A stretch of 64,000 nt of DNA from Octopus sinensis (Eukaryota), in the NCBI RefSeq assembly GCF_006345805.1, contig NC_043011.1:53394464-53458463 (forward strand), given 5' to 3'. Below the pieces are notes generated by a model. That model worked only from the letters and a program-made list of their open reading frames with translations, ran no database searches and was not told the origin of the DNA. Position numbers and translations under genes: made by a program. This document shows positions 25,800 through 39,560 of this stretch, in pieces (positions within the stretch are counted from its first letter, which is position 1; every line of letters starts with the position of its first letter).

Positions 25800-27334
25800 T
25801 GTGAGCAGACAGAATCATTAGAACGATGGACAAAGCGCCTAGCGGTATTCCGCCGAGGTCGACTTTACCTTTCATCCTTTCGGGGTCGATAAATTAAGTA
25901 CCAGTTACGCACTGGGGTCGATGTAATCGACTTAATACCTATGTCTGTCCTTGTTTGTCCCCCTCTATGTTTAGCCCCTTGTGGGTAATAAAGAAATAGG
26001 TATTTCTTCTGGCTTTGCAATCTGAGCTCAACTTCTGCTGAGCTCAACTTCTGCTGAGCTCAACTTCTGCTGAGCTCAACTTCTGCTGGGCTCAACTTCT
26101 GCTGAGCTCAACTTCTGCTGATGTCGACTTTGCCTTTCGTGTCATTTCAGGGTCAAATGAAATAGATACCATTTGAGGAAAGGAGTCGATGTCATTGACT
26201 TGCTTCCTCCCTTCAAATTGCTGGCCTTGTGCTTATATCTACAACGACGAACTGGCAGAAATAGATTTCGTGAAATCACTACGTAATTTTTTGAAATTAT
26301 TTCCCCACCATTTTTTTACGTTTCTGCTATAATGTCAAAAGGCCTGAAATTTTGCTGGAGCGAGTTAGTCGACTGCCATCGACTCCATTCTTCAAATGAT
26401 ACTTATTTTACCAAACCCGATAAGGATGAAAGATAAAAGGCAAAGCTAACCTTGGCGGAAGTTGAACTCAGAACGGGAAGCCAGAAAAAATGTTACTTAT
26501 TATAGTCTCCGGCGTGCTAACGATTCTGCCAGCTCGTCGCCTATTATAATCCTTTCTAATATAAGCACAAGGCCAGCAGTTTGAAGAGAGGGAGCAAGAC
26601 CTGATTGAGCAGACCTGCAAGTTGAACTCAGAACGGGAAGCCGGAATAAATGCGGCTAATCGTTTTGTTCGGCGCGCTAACGATTCTTATTTCTTTACGC
26701 CCAAAAGGGGTTAAACATAGAGGGGGCAAACAAGGACAGACAAAGGGATTAAGTCGATTACATCGACCCCAGTGTGTAACTGGTACTTATTTAATCGACC
26801 CCGCAAGGATGAAAGGCAAAGTCGACCTCGGTGGAATTAGAACTCAGAACGTAGCGGCAGACGAAATGCCTATTTCTTTAATACCCACAAGGGGCGAAAC
26901 ACAGAGAGGACAAACAAGGACAGACAAACGGATTAAGTCGATTACATCGACGCCAGTGCGTAACTGGTACTTATTTAATCGACCCCGCAAGGATGAAAGG
27001 CAAAGTCGACCTCGGCGGTATTTGAACTCAGAACGTAGCGGCAGACAAAATACCGCTAAGCATTTTGCCCGGCGTTGCTAACGTTTCTGCCAGCTCGCCG
27101 CCTTATACAATTCTTTTTAAAATAGAAATAAGGCCAGCAATTTGAAGTGAGGGAGCAAATCGATTACGTCGACTCCGTTCCTCAGCTGGTACTTATTTTA
27201 TCGATTCTGAAAGGATAGCGGAGGCGAAAGATGAAGTCAACATCGGCGGAAGTTGAACTCAGATCGCAAGGCCAGAAGAAATGCCGCTAAGCGTTTTTTC
27301 CCCATCGTCCTAATGATTCTCTCTGCTCATCACC
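25800..27334. mobile_element. Cluster of SINE C copies (plus strand to about 26235, minus strand thereafter)
   Basis: Repeated GTCGACTTTGCCTTTCATCCTTTCGGGGTCGATAAATTAAGTACCAG core, resembling from memory the conserved core of Meta/Sauria-type SINEs. Confidence 0.85.
26022..26120 (+). repeat. 16-bp tandem repeat CTGAGCTCAACTTCTG, 6 copies
   Basis: Units start at 26022, 26038, 26054, 26070, 26086 and 26102. Confidence 0.95.
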
Positions 27335-29778
27335 TTAAAGGGTCGCTAACAATTAACTCCAAGTTTTATTCTTTTTTATCTACGGGGACAATTTTAATTA
27401 GTACATCACCTCTGAATTAATTTCAATTTACGACATTAGCTCTCTTGAATTAACTGTATTGTTGCATCTTATTTCGTAACTATATAAATTATTACGGGCC
27501 AAACATTTACGTATTTGTCTATATATAAACATTAATGCTAACCAACTAAACAAATCAGGCTTGTGTCGGCTACATTATACTGATGAAGTCTATTAAGGTT
27601 GGAACAAGTCTGAAATTGTTGCCCTTGCTTGCAAGCAAATCTCAAACTTTTCTCTGAGTACATAAACGAATCATATGAAATTAATTCTTAATTTGCAGAA
27701 ATTATCTAAGGCGCTCATCTGGCAGAACCGTTACAGCGCAGGCCAAACATGCTCAGCGTCATATCTTACGTCCTTACATTCTGAGTTCAAATCTTGCCAG
27801 GGTCAACTTTGCCTTTCATCCTTTCGGCATCAATAAAATAAGTAGCAGTTGCGTACTGGGGTCGATCTATTCGATTGGCTCATTCCCCGAAAATTTCGGG
27901 CCTTATGCCTAGAGTAGAAAAGAATAAAATAAGTAGCAGTGAAACACCAGGGTCTATGTAATCGACTTAATCCCTCCCTTCGAAACTGCAGTCCTTGTGT
28001 CAAAATTTGAGACCAAATTACAGAAATTACCTCCCCTTTTTGTTTGAGAGTCGTTCAATTATTTGAGCTTTTCTTTTTTTGTTTTTTAGTTGTTATCTTT
28101 ATTCAGTACATCACCTCCTTTATTTAATTATCATAATTTGATGGTTGTAATGAACCGGTTGGTGGAATGATACTATGAAGGTGATGCGGGGTTCGAGATC
28201 TTTCCATATTGCGGCGGTCGTGTGTCCGTGTGTGTGCGCTTATGCGCCCGTATGTATGTGTGTGTATATGTGTGCGTGTGCGTGTGCGTGTGTGTTTGCG
28301 TGCGGTAATGTGGTTGACAGAGGCAGAGGTTATGAGTGTGTTAATGTAGTGTTGCGATGTGATGTTGTGGTGGTAATTTGGTTAAAATGGTGGCAGGTGC
28401 AACGCGTTGGTGATGGTCGTGGTCGGTGTTGTTGTTGTTGGTGGTGGTAATGGTGATGGTGTTGGTGGTGGTGTTGGTGGTGGTGGTATTGGTGATGATG
28501 ATGGTGGTGATGTTGTTGGTAACGGTCGTGGTGATGGTGGGGTGGGGTTGGTCTCGGTGTTGTTGTTGATGGTGGTGTTGGTGGTGATGGTGGTGGTGGT
28601 GTTGCCTGGGGTGTTGTTGTTGTTGGTGTTGTTGTAAGGTGGTGGTAATGTTGGTAGTGTTCCTGGTGTTGGTGGTGGTGGTAGTGTTGGAGGTGGTTTT
28701 GGTGGTGATGGCGGTGGTGTTGCTGGTGGTGATGAAGGCGGTGGTAGTGTTCGAGGTGGTGATGGCGGTGGTGTTGGTGGTGACGTTGATTGTGATAATG
28801 TGGGTGTTATGGAAGTGCTATTGATGAGTGGCGTTTCACGAGTGAGTGGTAAGGAATATTTTGTGAGGATGATGGCGTTTGTGGTGATAAGAGTAATGGG
28901 TGGTGGGTGGGTGGTAGTGTGACGGTTGGTGGTGATGGTAAGGTCAAGTGGTCGATAAAAGAATAAAGAGAGAGAGAGTTAGTGGGAGAGATAGAGAAAA
29001 GGAGATAGAAAGAGAGGAAGAGAGAGAGGACGAAAGAAAGAGATTGAGTGAGAGAGAGAGGGGGGAGATAAAGAAAGAGAAAGGGAAAAGGAGAGAAAAG
29101 GAAAGAAGGAGAGTAAGAAAGGAAAAGAGAGAAAGAACGAAAGGAAGACAGAATGAGAGAGAGAGAGAGAGAGAGAAAGAGAGTGAAAGTGAGAGACAGA
29201 GACAGAGAGAGGGAGGAGACTGTCGGGGCACAAAGGATGGATGGGTGTTGCTGCGGACATGATGTTGGCAATTAGATGAGGGGCAAGTGTCTTGTAGGAA
29301 AGTGGTCGGCTGGGGATGATATTTAGAAAAGAGAGAGAAAAAGAGAAAGGGAGAGAGTGGCAGAGGAGGGGAAGTGGGGTGGTTACGGAAAGAAGGGGAT
29401 GGAGTAGTGATGGGTGAGAGAAAAGTGTGTGCGTGCGTGTGTGTGTGTGTGACAAATGTCCGAATCGGAAGGGAAAAGACATGTTATTAGGATACAATCA
29501 ATGGATTAAAAACTAATTAGCCAGAAGGGAAGAAGGTATGGAGGTGGTAGGGTTTGGTTTGGTTGTGAGGCGGGGGGGAAACGAGGCGGGGGATTGGGGC
29601 AGTATGTTAAGCGGGGAGGGGTGGAGAAGGTGTTAAGTAGGCGGTTTGGTGCAGGAGAGAGCGGTGTGTGTGTGAGCGTGGATGTGCGTGCCTGCACGCG
29701 TGCGTGCGTGTGCGTGTGTGCGCGTATGCGTGTATGCGCGCGCGCGATTGTGCGTGTGTGTGTGTGTAAGTGTATGTG

Positions 29779-29824
<46 letters not shown>

Positions 29825-30329
29825 AAACTGCGTTTTGACGGTAGTTATGGAAGACAGTCTTCAAGAGATTTGAGGACTTTATTGGTCAAAAGGATTGCAT
29901 TGTATGTATATGTGTCTGTATGGATGTGTGTGTGTTGTGTGTGTGTGTGTTGTGTGTGTGTGTTGTGTGTGGTGTTGTGTGTTGTGTTGTGTGTGTGTGT
30001 GTGTTTGTGTGTGTTGTGTGGTGTGTGTGTGGTTGTGGTGTGTTTTGTGGGTGGTGGTGTGTGTTGTGTGGTGTGTGTTTGTGTGTGTGTTGGTGTGTGT
30101 GTTGGTGTGTGTATTGTGTGTTGTGTGTGTGTGTTGTGTGTGGTGGTGTTGTGTGTGTGGTTTTGTATGTATGGTAGTCTAAGTGCATGGCTTGTGTGTG
30201 TTGTGTATATTTTTCTGTTGCTTGTGTGTGTATATCTGTATAACTATAATTCTGTGTTTTGTATGTGTGTGTGTGTATGTCTGTGTATGGACGATTCTTA
30301 TGTAGTTGTTATATATGCGAAGGTATGTG

Positions 30330-30662
30330 TAAATACTTCTGTGTGTGTGTGTGTGTTCTGTGTGTGTGTGTGTGTTCTGTGTGTGTGTGTGTGTTCTGTG
30401 TGTGTGTGTGTATATGTTGTATATTTATATATTTGTACATGTAATGTGTGTGTAATTTTTAATTTTTGTCTGCATGTGTTTATGTGTGTGTTGTGTGTGT
30501 AAGTGTGTGTGTGAGTGTGTGTGTGTGTGTAAGTGTATGTGTGTATGTAAGTGTGTGTGTGTGTGTGTGTGTGTTTTGTGTGTGTGTATGTTGTATATTT
30601 ATATATTTGTACATGTAATGTGTGTGTGTAATTTTTAATTTTTGTCTGCATGTGCTTATGTG

Positions 30663-30693
<31 letters not shown>

Positions 30694-31400
30694 AGTGTGT
30701 GTGTGTGTGTAAGTGTATGTGTGTATGTAAGTGTGTGTGTGTGTGTGTGTGTTTTGTGTGTGTGTATGTTGTATATTTATATATTTGTACATGTAATGTG
30801 TGTGTGTAATTTTTAATTTTGTCTGCATGTGCTTATGGTGGTTGTGTGTGGTGTGTGTGTGTGTGTGAGTGTTGTGGGTGTGTGTAAGTGTTATGTGGTA
30901 GTAAGTGTGGTGGTGTGTGGTGTTGTTTTGTGGTGATGGGTAGTTGTATATTAATATTGTACATTGTAATGTGTGTTGTGAATTTTAAAGTTTTGTCTGC
31001 ATGTGCTTATGTGTTGTGTGTGTGTGTGGTGTGTGTGTGTGTAAGGTGTTGTGTGTGTGTGTAAGTGTGTGTAATTGTATGTGTGATGTAAGGGTGTGTT
31101 GTGTGTGTTGGTATGTGTGTATTTATATATTTGTACATGTAATGTGTGTGTGTAATTTTTTAATTTGGGTCTGCATGTGCTTATGTGTGTGTGTGTGTGT
31201 GTAAGTGTGTGTGTGGTGTGTGTGTGTGTAATGTGTGGTGTGTGTGTGTGTAAGTGTGTGTGTTGTGTTGTGTGTGTGTTTTGTGTGTGTGTTTGTATAT
31301 TATATATTTGTACATGTAATGTGTGTGTGTAATTTTTAATTTTTGTCTGCATGTGCTTATGTGTGTGTGTGTGTGTAAGTGTGTGTGTGTGTGTGGTAAG
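30330..31400. repeat. About 175-bp TG-rich minisatellite, about 6 copies
   Basis: Anchor TTTGTACATGTAATGTGTG...TTTGTCTGCATGTG recurs at about 30435, 30609, 30787, 30959, 31133 and 31310. Confidence 0.85.
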
Positions 31401-31613
31401 TGTGTGTGTGGTGTGTGTAAGTGTGTGTGTGTGTGTAAGTGTGTGTGTGTGGTGTGTGTGTAATTATCAGACAGAGAGGGCGACGAAATGAAATTCTGTT
31501 ACATTCAGCAACAGAAAGAAAAGAAAAAAAGTAAAAAATAATTAAAATAAAAAAGGAGAGAAAGAAAGAAAAATAGAGAGAGAGAGAGTGGGAGAGAAAG
31601 AAAGAGAGAAAGA

Positions 31614-31651
<38 letters not shown>

Positions 31652-32041
31652 GAATGTGAGAAAAAGAGAGGCTGACATAGACATTGAAAAGAGGAGATAG
31701 AAACAAAGATAAAAATAAAAAGTAAATAAGAAGATAAACAACAAAACAAAAAAATATTAACATTAAGACTAGATGTTGTTGTTGTTGTTGTTGTTTTTGC
31801 TGTTTAGCCCCAGGCCAGCTCTGATCAAAGTAGAACCTTTGATGGAAAGCATTCCAGCCGTGACTATCCAGTTATTTTTTTTTTCTTTTCTATGTATGAG
31901 GAAAAGCTAGTATTTATTATCCAATATTGAGAGTTGAGTGAAGACTCGCTGCAGTTTCTAGCGCGTGGAGCGACCACGTAGAGGCTCCTATGTCAGCTAC
32001 TAAAGAGCTTTGCGTATCTATAGTATAAATGTGCATGTGCG

Positions 32042-32084
<43 letters not shown>

Positions 32085-32095
32085 TATAATATAGG

Positions 32096-32218
<123 letters not shown>

Positions 32219-32348
32219 CATATATATATATGTGTATATATATATATATATACACATACAACACGCACACAAATGATTTTATGCACATACAAGCACCCCC
32301 CTATATATAATATATATATATATATGTCTGTGTTGTGTATTTATATGT

Positions 32349-32386
<38 letters not shown>

Positions 32387-33349
32387 TTACCACACACAAC
32401 ACACACACACACACACACGTAAATTTATATCTACGTGCAAAGATACATATATATATACAAACGTCCATGTGTGTGCGCGTGTGTATGTATGTATGAATAT
32501 ATACATTTATATTTATCTACGCCCGTCTTTGTATATATATATATATATATATATATAAGTGTGTATGTATGTGTATATATATATATATATATATAAGTGT
32601 GTATGTATGTGTATATATATATTATTATATATAAGTGTGTATGTATGTGTATATATATATAATATATATATATATATATACATACTTATGTAGATGTATA
32701 GATATAAGTGTGTATGTATATATATATATATATATATACACACACTTATGTAGATGTGTGGTGTAGGTGTATGGAGGGGGTGTTTTTAAGACGGAGGATG
32801 GTAGGTATGTATACGTGGGGGGAGGGGCGGGCGGTGATGGCGTAACAAAAAAAAAGAAAAGCAAGAAAACGCAAAAATAAAAGAAGAAAAAAAAGGAAGG
32901 CAGAGGGCAGACAGTACCGATGCGGGGGTGGTGCTTGTGGGTGGTAGAAGGGAAGAGGTGGGTGAGCTTGTTAACAACAACAACACAACAACGAATAATA
33001 ATAATAATAACAATAATAACATAATAACAATAACAATAATAATAATAATAATAGTGTAATTTTTTATTTGTTTTTCTACTGTTGTTCTTTATTAATAATA
33101 ATAAGAAGAATGTTGAATGCCAAATCCACCGCCGCCGCCGCCGTGACTACCACCTACAACAACAACAACAACAACAATATAATGATAAAACTAATAACAA
33201 CTTGAAGGACGTGGGTGAGGCGGGGGGGGGAGTGGGTGAAACAAAAAGTAAAATATTAAAAAAGTATAGAAAAAGAAAAAAGAATTAGGAAGGGAAGAAA
33301 GGAAGAAGGAAAGGGAAAGAAGGAAGAAGAAGGAAAAGAACAACTTCTA

Positions 33350-34110
33350 CTTTAACTACCACCCCACCACCACCACCACCACCACCACCACCACCACCAC
33401 CACCACCATCCACCACCACCCCCCCCACACCACCACCATCACCACCACCACCACCATCACCAACCCACCACCACCACCACCACCACCACCACCCACCACC
33501 ACCATCACCCACCACCACCACCACCACCACCACCAGCACCACCATCGCCGCCACCACCACCACCACCCGCACCACACCAGCACCACCATCGCCGCCACCA
33601 CCACCATCACCACCACCACCACCACCACCACCACCACCACCACCACCACCACCACCACCACCACCACCATCGCCGTCACCACCACCACCACCACCACTGC
33701 CACCACACTCATTATCACACCCTCACCGCCACTATCATCGCAAACATCATCACCACCACTACCATCACCATTGCCACCACCATCATCATGATCATCATTA
33801 TCACCATCACTACCATCATCAGCACAACCGCGTACACCATCGTCACCACCGCCACCACCATCGTCATCTGCACTACCGCCTACCACCATCATCCCTACCA
33901 CCGCCACCACCGGTACCATCATCACTATCTCCACCAACACCCCACCATCAGCACTACCACCGCCACCATCATCGTCATCATCTGCACCGTTACTACGGCG
34001 ACGACTTCCATCACCACCACCACCACCACCACCATCACCACCACTATTCATCCCCAGCAACGCCACCATCGCAACCATCAGCACTGCCAACACCGCGTCA
34101 CTAGCAACAA
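33350..34110. repeat. (CCA)n / (CAT,CGC)n trinucleotide low-complexity tract
   Basis: Directly visible. Confidence 0.9.
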
Positions 34111-34334
34111 CAATGAGAAACAAACAAAACAAAAGAAAAACCTTACCACGAATATCTTCAAACTGTCTCCACCATTCTTTCAAACCATCCATTACCAACA
34201 ACAGCAACAACAACACTTCAATCGCTAATAAAAGGATATTGAACTTATGATATTGAAAATTTCATTTCATTTTCCATAGTTAAGGCCGTTCAAGGCACAA
34301 CACCCGAAAACACGTGACCAGTATTACAGGTAAT

Positions 34335-34958
34335 GGTTTTAAATTTTGGCACGCGGGATAGGTGGTTCTTTTTTTTTTTTTTTTTGAGCGAGGGAAAGTC
34401 GATTACATCGACCCCAGTAGTACATGACTGGTACTTATTTCAACGACCCTGAAAGAACGAAAGGCAAAGTCGACCACGGCGGCATTTGAACTCAGAATAC
34501 AAAGACGGACTAAATTCTGCTAAGCATTTTGCCCGGCGTCCTTACGATTCTTATTTCTTTATTGCCCACAAGGGGCTAAACACAGAGGGGACAAACAAGG
34601 ACAGACAAAGGGATTATATCGATCCTAGTGCGTAACTGGTACTTAATTTATCGACCCCGAAAGGATGAAAGGCAAAGTCGACCTCGGCGGAATTTGAACT
34701 CAGAACGTAGCGGCAGACGAATTACCTATTTCTTTATTACCCACAAGGGGCTAAACATAGAGGGGACAAACTAGGACAGACATAGGTATTAAGTCGATTA
34801 CATCGACCCCAGTGCGTAACTGGTACTTAATTTATCGACCCCGAAAGGATGAAAGGCAAAGTCGACCTCGGCGGAATTTGAACTCAGAACGTAACGACTG
34901 ACGAAATACCGCTAAGCATTATGCCCAGCGTGCTAACGTTTCTGCCAGCTCGCCACCT
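34335..34958 (-). mobile_element. Head-to-tail trimer of SINE C
   Basis: One copy with a full head followed by two 5'-truncated copies. Confidence 0.85.
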
Positions 34959-35254
34959 TTAGTATTGCATATGTTATTACCACTTCTTTCTCATTTGGGC
35001 ATAAGACGACCAATTTTGAGGGGCGGGGTTAGTCGATTACATTGATGCCAATACTTAACTGGCACTTTATTTTCATCAAGCTGAAAGGTTGAAAGACAAA
35101 GCTGACTTCTGCGGTATTTGAGTTCCGAACGTACAAAGAAATGCGACCAATAACTTTGTTCGACGCACAATTGATTCTGCCAACTAGCCACCCAAATAAT
35201 GAGATAAAAATCCTTTCCGGGCCATATAGAATCGTGGGTCTATGATTCATATAG

Positions 35255-35472
35255 ACTCATAAGGCTGGTTTCCCGATTTCCGTGGCGCATATCTGCTTCC
35301 GCCTGGACGGGACGCCAGTCCATCGCAGGTTTTACTCATTTTTGCCAGCTGATTCGACTGGAGTTACGTGAAATGAAGTGTTTTGTTCATGAACACAATG
35401 CATCGTCCGGGCCAAGGATCGAAACCACAGTCTTAGGATCATAAGTCCAACATCATAACCTCTAAGCCACTC
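35255..35472 (-). mobile_element. SINE head type B with tail type 2 (diverged)
   Basis: Similar to 39145-39381. Confidence 0.7.
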
Positions 35473-36514
35473 GCTACAATATCGTCCCCCCTCCATCCTA
35501 ATGGTACAATAATATTCTTTCTAATTTTGGCACAAGGCCAACAGTTTTAAGTAAGGTGGAGCAATTCGATTCATTGACCCTGGTACGTCACTAATATTTT
35601 ATTTTATCTGCACCGGAGAGATGAAAGACTAAGATGACTTAAGCGAGGTTTGAACTCAGAACCACATTTTTAAAAAGCCCGCTTTAAAGATTCTGCTATG
35701 TCTAATAGACCTTTCATTTAGGCTCAAGGTGTAAGGCGGCGAACTGGCAGAGTCGTCAGTCCGCCCGGAAAATGCCTAGCGGTATTTCGTCCGTCTTTGC
35801 ATTCTGAGTTTAAATTCTGCCGAGTTCAATTTTACCTTTCATACTTCCGGGGTCGAGTTCTGGGGTAGATGTAATCGACTTACCCTACTCCTACGATCTT
35901 GCTGCTCTTGTGCCAAAATTTGAAACCAATTTAAGCACAAGGCCAGTAGTTTTGATGGGAGGGGAATAATTGATTAAATTAACCCCAGAATTTGATAGCT
36001 ATTTTATTTAATCGACCCCGAAAGAATGAAAGGCAAAGTAGACCGCGATAGGAGTTGAAATCAGAACACGTAAAGATCCGGAATAAATACGGCAGGGCAA
36101 GTTTTCCCACGCTGTAACGATTCCAGAAATACTTGTTTCTAATTTAGGCAAAAGGCCAGCAACGTTTGAGGGGAGGGTTTTTCAATTGACTTTCACTTTC
36201 ACTTTATCTACTTTCGTGGGATAAAAGACGAGAACTGAACTCAGAAGTTACATGAAAAGAAATACCGCAAAATAGTTTTTCGATATTTTAACAATTCTGC
36301 TAATCCGTAATTATAAAATGCTTTTAATCTAGGAACAAAGCGTGTAATTTTTGAGTGGAGAGAATAAGTCTATATCGTTCAAATAAGTTTTTAACGAGCA
36401 TTTTAGTTTATCCACGCCGGTGGGGGTGATAAGCAGAGTTAGCCCCGGCAGAATTTGAACTCACAATGTAAAGAACCGCAACAAATAACACAAGATTTGT
36501 TTTTGTGTGTTCTT

Positions 36515-36875
36515 ACCAAGAAAGGAAGAAGATAGAAGTTTGTTAAATACAGGAGACACCGTCAGTGCTTCCACGCTGGGTTTGGAAAACTATGTTGTGT
36601 TTAATGGAAGAAGACTATTATATATGGCTAGAAATATCGAAAAGTCACTGCAACGGTGAACGAATTCAAGAACTGAAAGAAGAACGTCAGGACAAATAAA
36701 CGGGAAAAGAAGAGATTCGAGGCCAATTCATTCTACGAATCGAAGATGTTGCAAATGAAGAATATGGTGAAGGAGAATATTGATGAAATTCAGCTTGAGA
36801 GCAAACGCAGAATGTGTGGAAAAGGGGATGAAAGTATTAACCATCTCCTAAATGAGTGCATTTAAGGTAGCACAA
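36515..36875 (+). pseudogene. Decayed R4/Dong-like LINE fragment (post-RT region and CCHC knuckle)
   Basis: Degenerate RKE..R.L...D.V....GL.NYV and KRRMCGKGDESINHLLNEC..AQ with stops. Confidence 0.55.
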
Positions 36876-36878
36876 TAT

Positions 36879-36914
<36 letters not shown>

Positions 36915-36944
36915 GTATATATTCACACATACATACATACATAT

Positions 36945-37290
36945 ACAACACACTGCCTAAATGCCAATCTTGAGGAATTAGACTTCTTAAAACCAGAAAG
37001 GAGAAAGCTAATTCGAAGGCTAGAGATCCAATCCATCACTGGAACTGTAAAAATCTGTAAAACTTTCCAGAAGTTTATCATTTAAATATATATGAGCATA
37101 TCTAGATATGCAACTAAATGCATAAGAATACATACAAAAAGCAAAACATACAAATCTGCACACATACATACATACATACATACATAACATACATACATAC
37201 ATATAAACAAAAATACCCTGTTAATGTTGAAATTCCAATGAAGGAGTATTGGATCTAGGTTAGAAACCGGCTCTTTCTCTATTGTATCTT
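36945..37290 (+). pseudogene. C-terminus and 3' UTR of an RLE-class LINE
   Basis: CLNANLEELDFLKPERRKLIRRLEIQSITGTVKICKTFQKFII* resembles an RLE ORF end; plausibly the same family as 15861-16292. Confidence 0.5.
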
Positions 37291-39004
37291 TCTCTATAAA
37301 CGCAGGTATGACTACGTCGGTAAAAGAATGTCTAGTGACAGGAAAATAGGGAGAACAAGAGCCAGAGCCTGTAATGGTGAATGATAATAACAGGATTTTA
37401 GGGGATTTCTTATAGAAACTGATGAAGCAAGGAGACCTGATATGATGGTAGAGGTGAGAAAAACAAAACAAGTGAAAAGATGATGGCTTGAACGAAGAAG
37501 AAAGTATCCAACTTCACTCCTTTCAGTTACGAGACAGAGGAAAACCGTTTTATCTTCTCGAACGAAGAGAGATGGTGTGGTAATCTTTACAACAGACTAA
37601 CAATTGCCATAATCGTAAAAGGTAATGAGGGATGGGTAAAAAATCATAAAAAGTTCATGAATAATACGTGTCGCAATTTTGGGGGATTCAAATTGCCTTG
37701 AAAAACAGGCACTGTCTAATTTAGGTAACAAAGCCAGCAATTCTGGACAAGGATCTTATTGGATTTCGGAGATATGAAAGGCAAATTTGACGTCAGCGAT
37801 ATGTATAACACGCAATAATCCAATATGTTAGTTTTAATTATTTCATATTACATAAAACAAATTTATATGTAATAATAATTTAATCTAAAAAATAACAAAG
37901 CTTTATTACATTATTTTAACAGGTTTACTGTTTGGTACAATTGACGTAAGTAAATTAAAACTGTTTTTCTTCTCCAGGTTTCTCTTTCTACAAAAACACC
38001 CAAGAAATATGACTGGATACTGCAATCAGCATAATTTGGTTGGTGATGGATTAGATTTATAATTTGGAGAAATGGTTTTTTTTTCTTCTATATGTCTGTA
38101 GAAAGTAAAGTCATGAAGTGTAAGAGAGAAGGAGAGGGAGAAAGAAAGAGAGAGAAAAGAAGAGGGAAAGGTATCGTACAGTGAATTACGGTTGCTTTTC
38201 TGTAGACGAAACTTTCAGTAATAAAAGAACTTGAAAGCCATATTGTGATACAAGTATATTCAAATTAGAATTTTTAGAATTTTCTATACAGTGTAGACTT
38301 TGATAATTGCTTTCTGTTAATAAAATTTACACACTCCAAATTAGCTAATAAGCGGCTTTTTAAAACTATAGTATAGATTAAATTTTTTGCTTAATATAAG
38401 TAAGCGGGGACAAATTTGCTCTGCAATACTAAGCATATTAATATATATATAATATATATATATATATAATAATTTTAACCAAAAGGGAAACAACAAAACA
38501 ACAACAACAGGAACATACAGTATTATATAATAGGCGCTCAGGAGATGGAAGCAGGGAGGTATAAGTTTCGAGCGGAGCTCTTCGTCGGAAACTAAAGAAA
38601 GGAAGAGAGAGGAAAGAAAGATCCAGAGCGGGCAACAGGGAAAGAGAAAAAAGACGACTGGTGTTTACGAGTTGCACATGGTGAAAGCGCGGATGTTGAC
38701 GATAACAAGAGCAAAGTGGGTTTTTAAAGGCAAAAGAGTGGAGACAAGGTTGGTAACCCAACAGATGTGTGTGTATGTGTGAGTGTGTGCGTGTGCGTGT
38801 GTGTATGTGTGTGTGTGAGGCGAGATGAAAAAACAAAAAAATATGTGTGTGTTAGTGTGTGCGTCTGTGTGTAGGCGTGTGGGGTAGGGCGAGACTAGTG
38901 GTCAGCTAGCAATCCAAACAAGAAAGCACTAAAAACACAACAACGCGAGGACGTGGAACAAATATAGTATTATTGGACGCTCAGGAAAGAAGGAAAGAAG
39001 GAGG

Positions 39005-39039
39005 GTTTAACGTTTCGAGCGGAGCTCTTCGTCGGAAAC
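39005..39039 (-). ncRNA. Candidate minimal hammerhead ribozyme, identical to 6872-6906
   Basis: Reverse complement reads GTTTCCGACGAAGAGCTCCGCTCGAAACGTTAAAC. Confidence 0.5.
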
Positions 39040-39144
39040 ATAGGAGAAGGAAAGATCCAGAGAAGGGAAGACAGAGGAAAAAAATCGCTAACGATACACA
39101 ATATATATATATAAATATAAATAAATAATAAATAAATGCACCCT

Positions 39145-39381
39145 TTTAAAGCCTAGCCAGGCTCATGGGCCCGGTTTCCTGGTTTCAATGGCGTATGTGT
39201 TCCCCAGACGGACGGGACGCCAGTCCATCGCAGCGTTACTCATTTTTGCCAGCTGAGTGGACTGGAGCAACGTGAACTGAAGTGTTTTGCTCAAGAACAC
39301 AACGCGTCGCACGGTCCAGAAATCGAAACCACAATTTTACGATCATGATGCTGACACCCTAACCACTAAGCCACGCGCCTC
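39145..39381 (-). mobile_element. SINE head type B with tail type 2
   Basis: Reverse complement begins GAGGCGCGTGGCTTAGTGGTTAGGG; tail similar to 275-536. Confidence 0.85.
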
Positions 39382-39388
39382 AACACAC

Positions 39389-39434
<46 letters not shown>

Positions 39435-39524
39435 CATTGAAATTCATAGAAAAACAAAAGACGAAGACAGGTGTATGAACAACAAGCAGGTGTATTAGTT
39501 TGACGCTCGGGAAAGTGACAAAGT

Positions 39525-39560
39525 CTTTTATGTTTCGAGCCTACGCTCTTCAGCAGAAAG
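39525..39560 (-). ncRNA. Candidate hammerhead-like motif (A6C variant)
   Basis: CTTT-CTGCTGA-A-GAGCgtagGCTC-GAAACATA-AAAG. Confidence 0.4.

Noticed and set aside
37228-37280. Hammerhead-like CCAATGAAGG...GAAACCGGCTC
   Set aside because: The core is too degenerate and there is no clear stem II. It is more simply part of a LINE 3' UTR.
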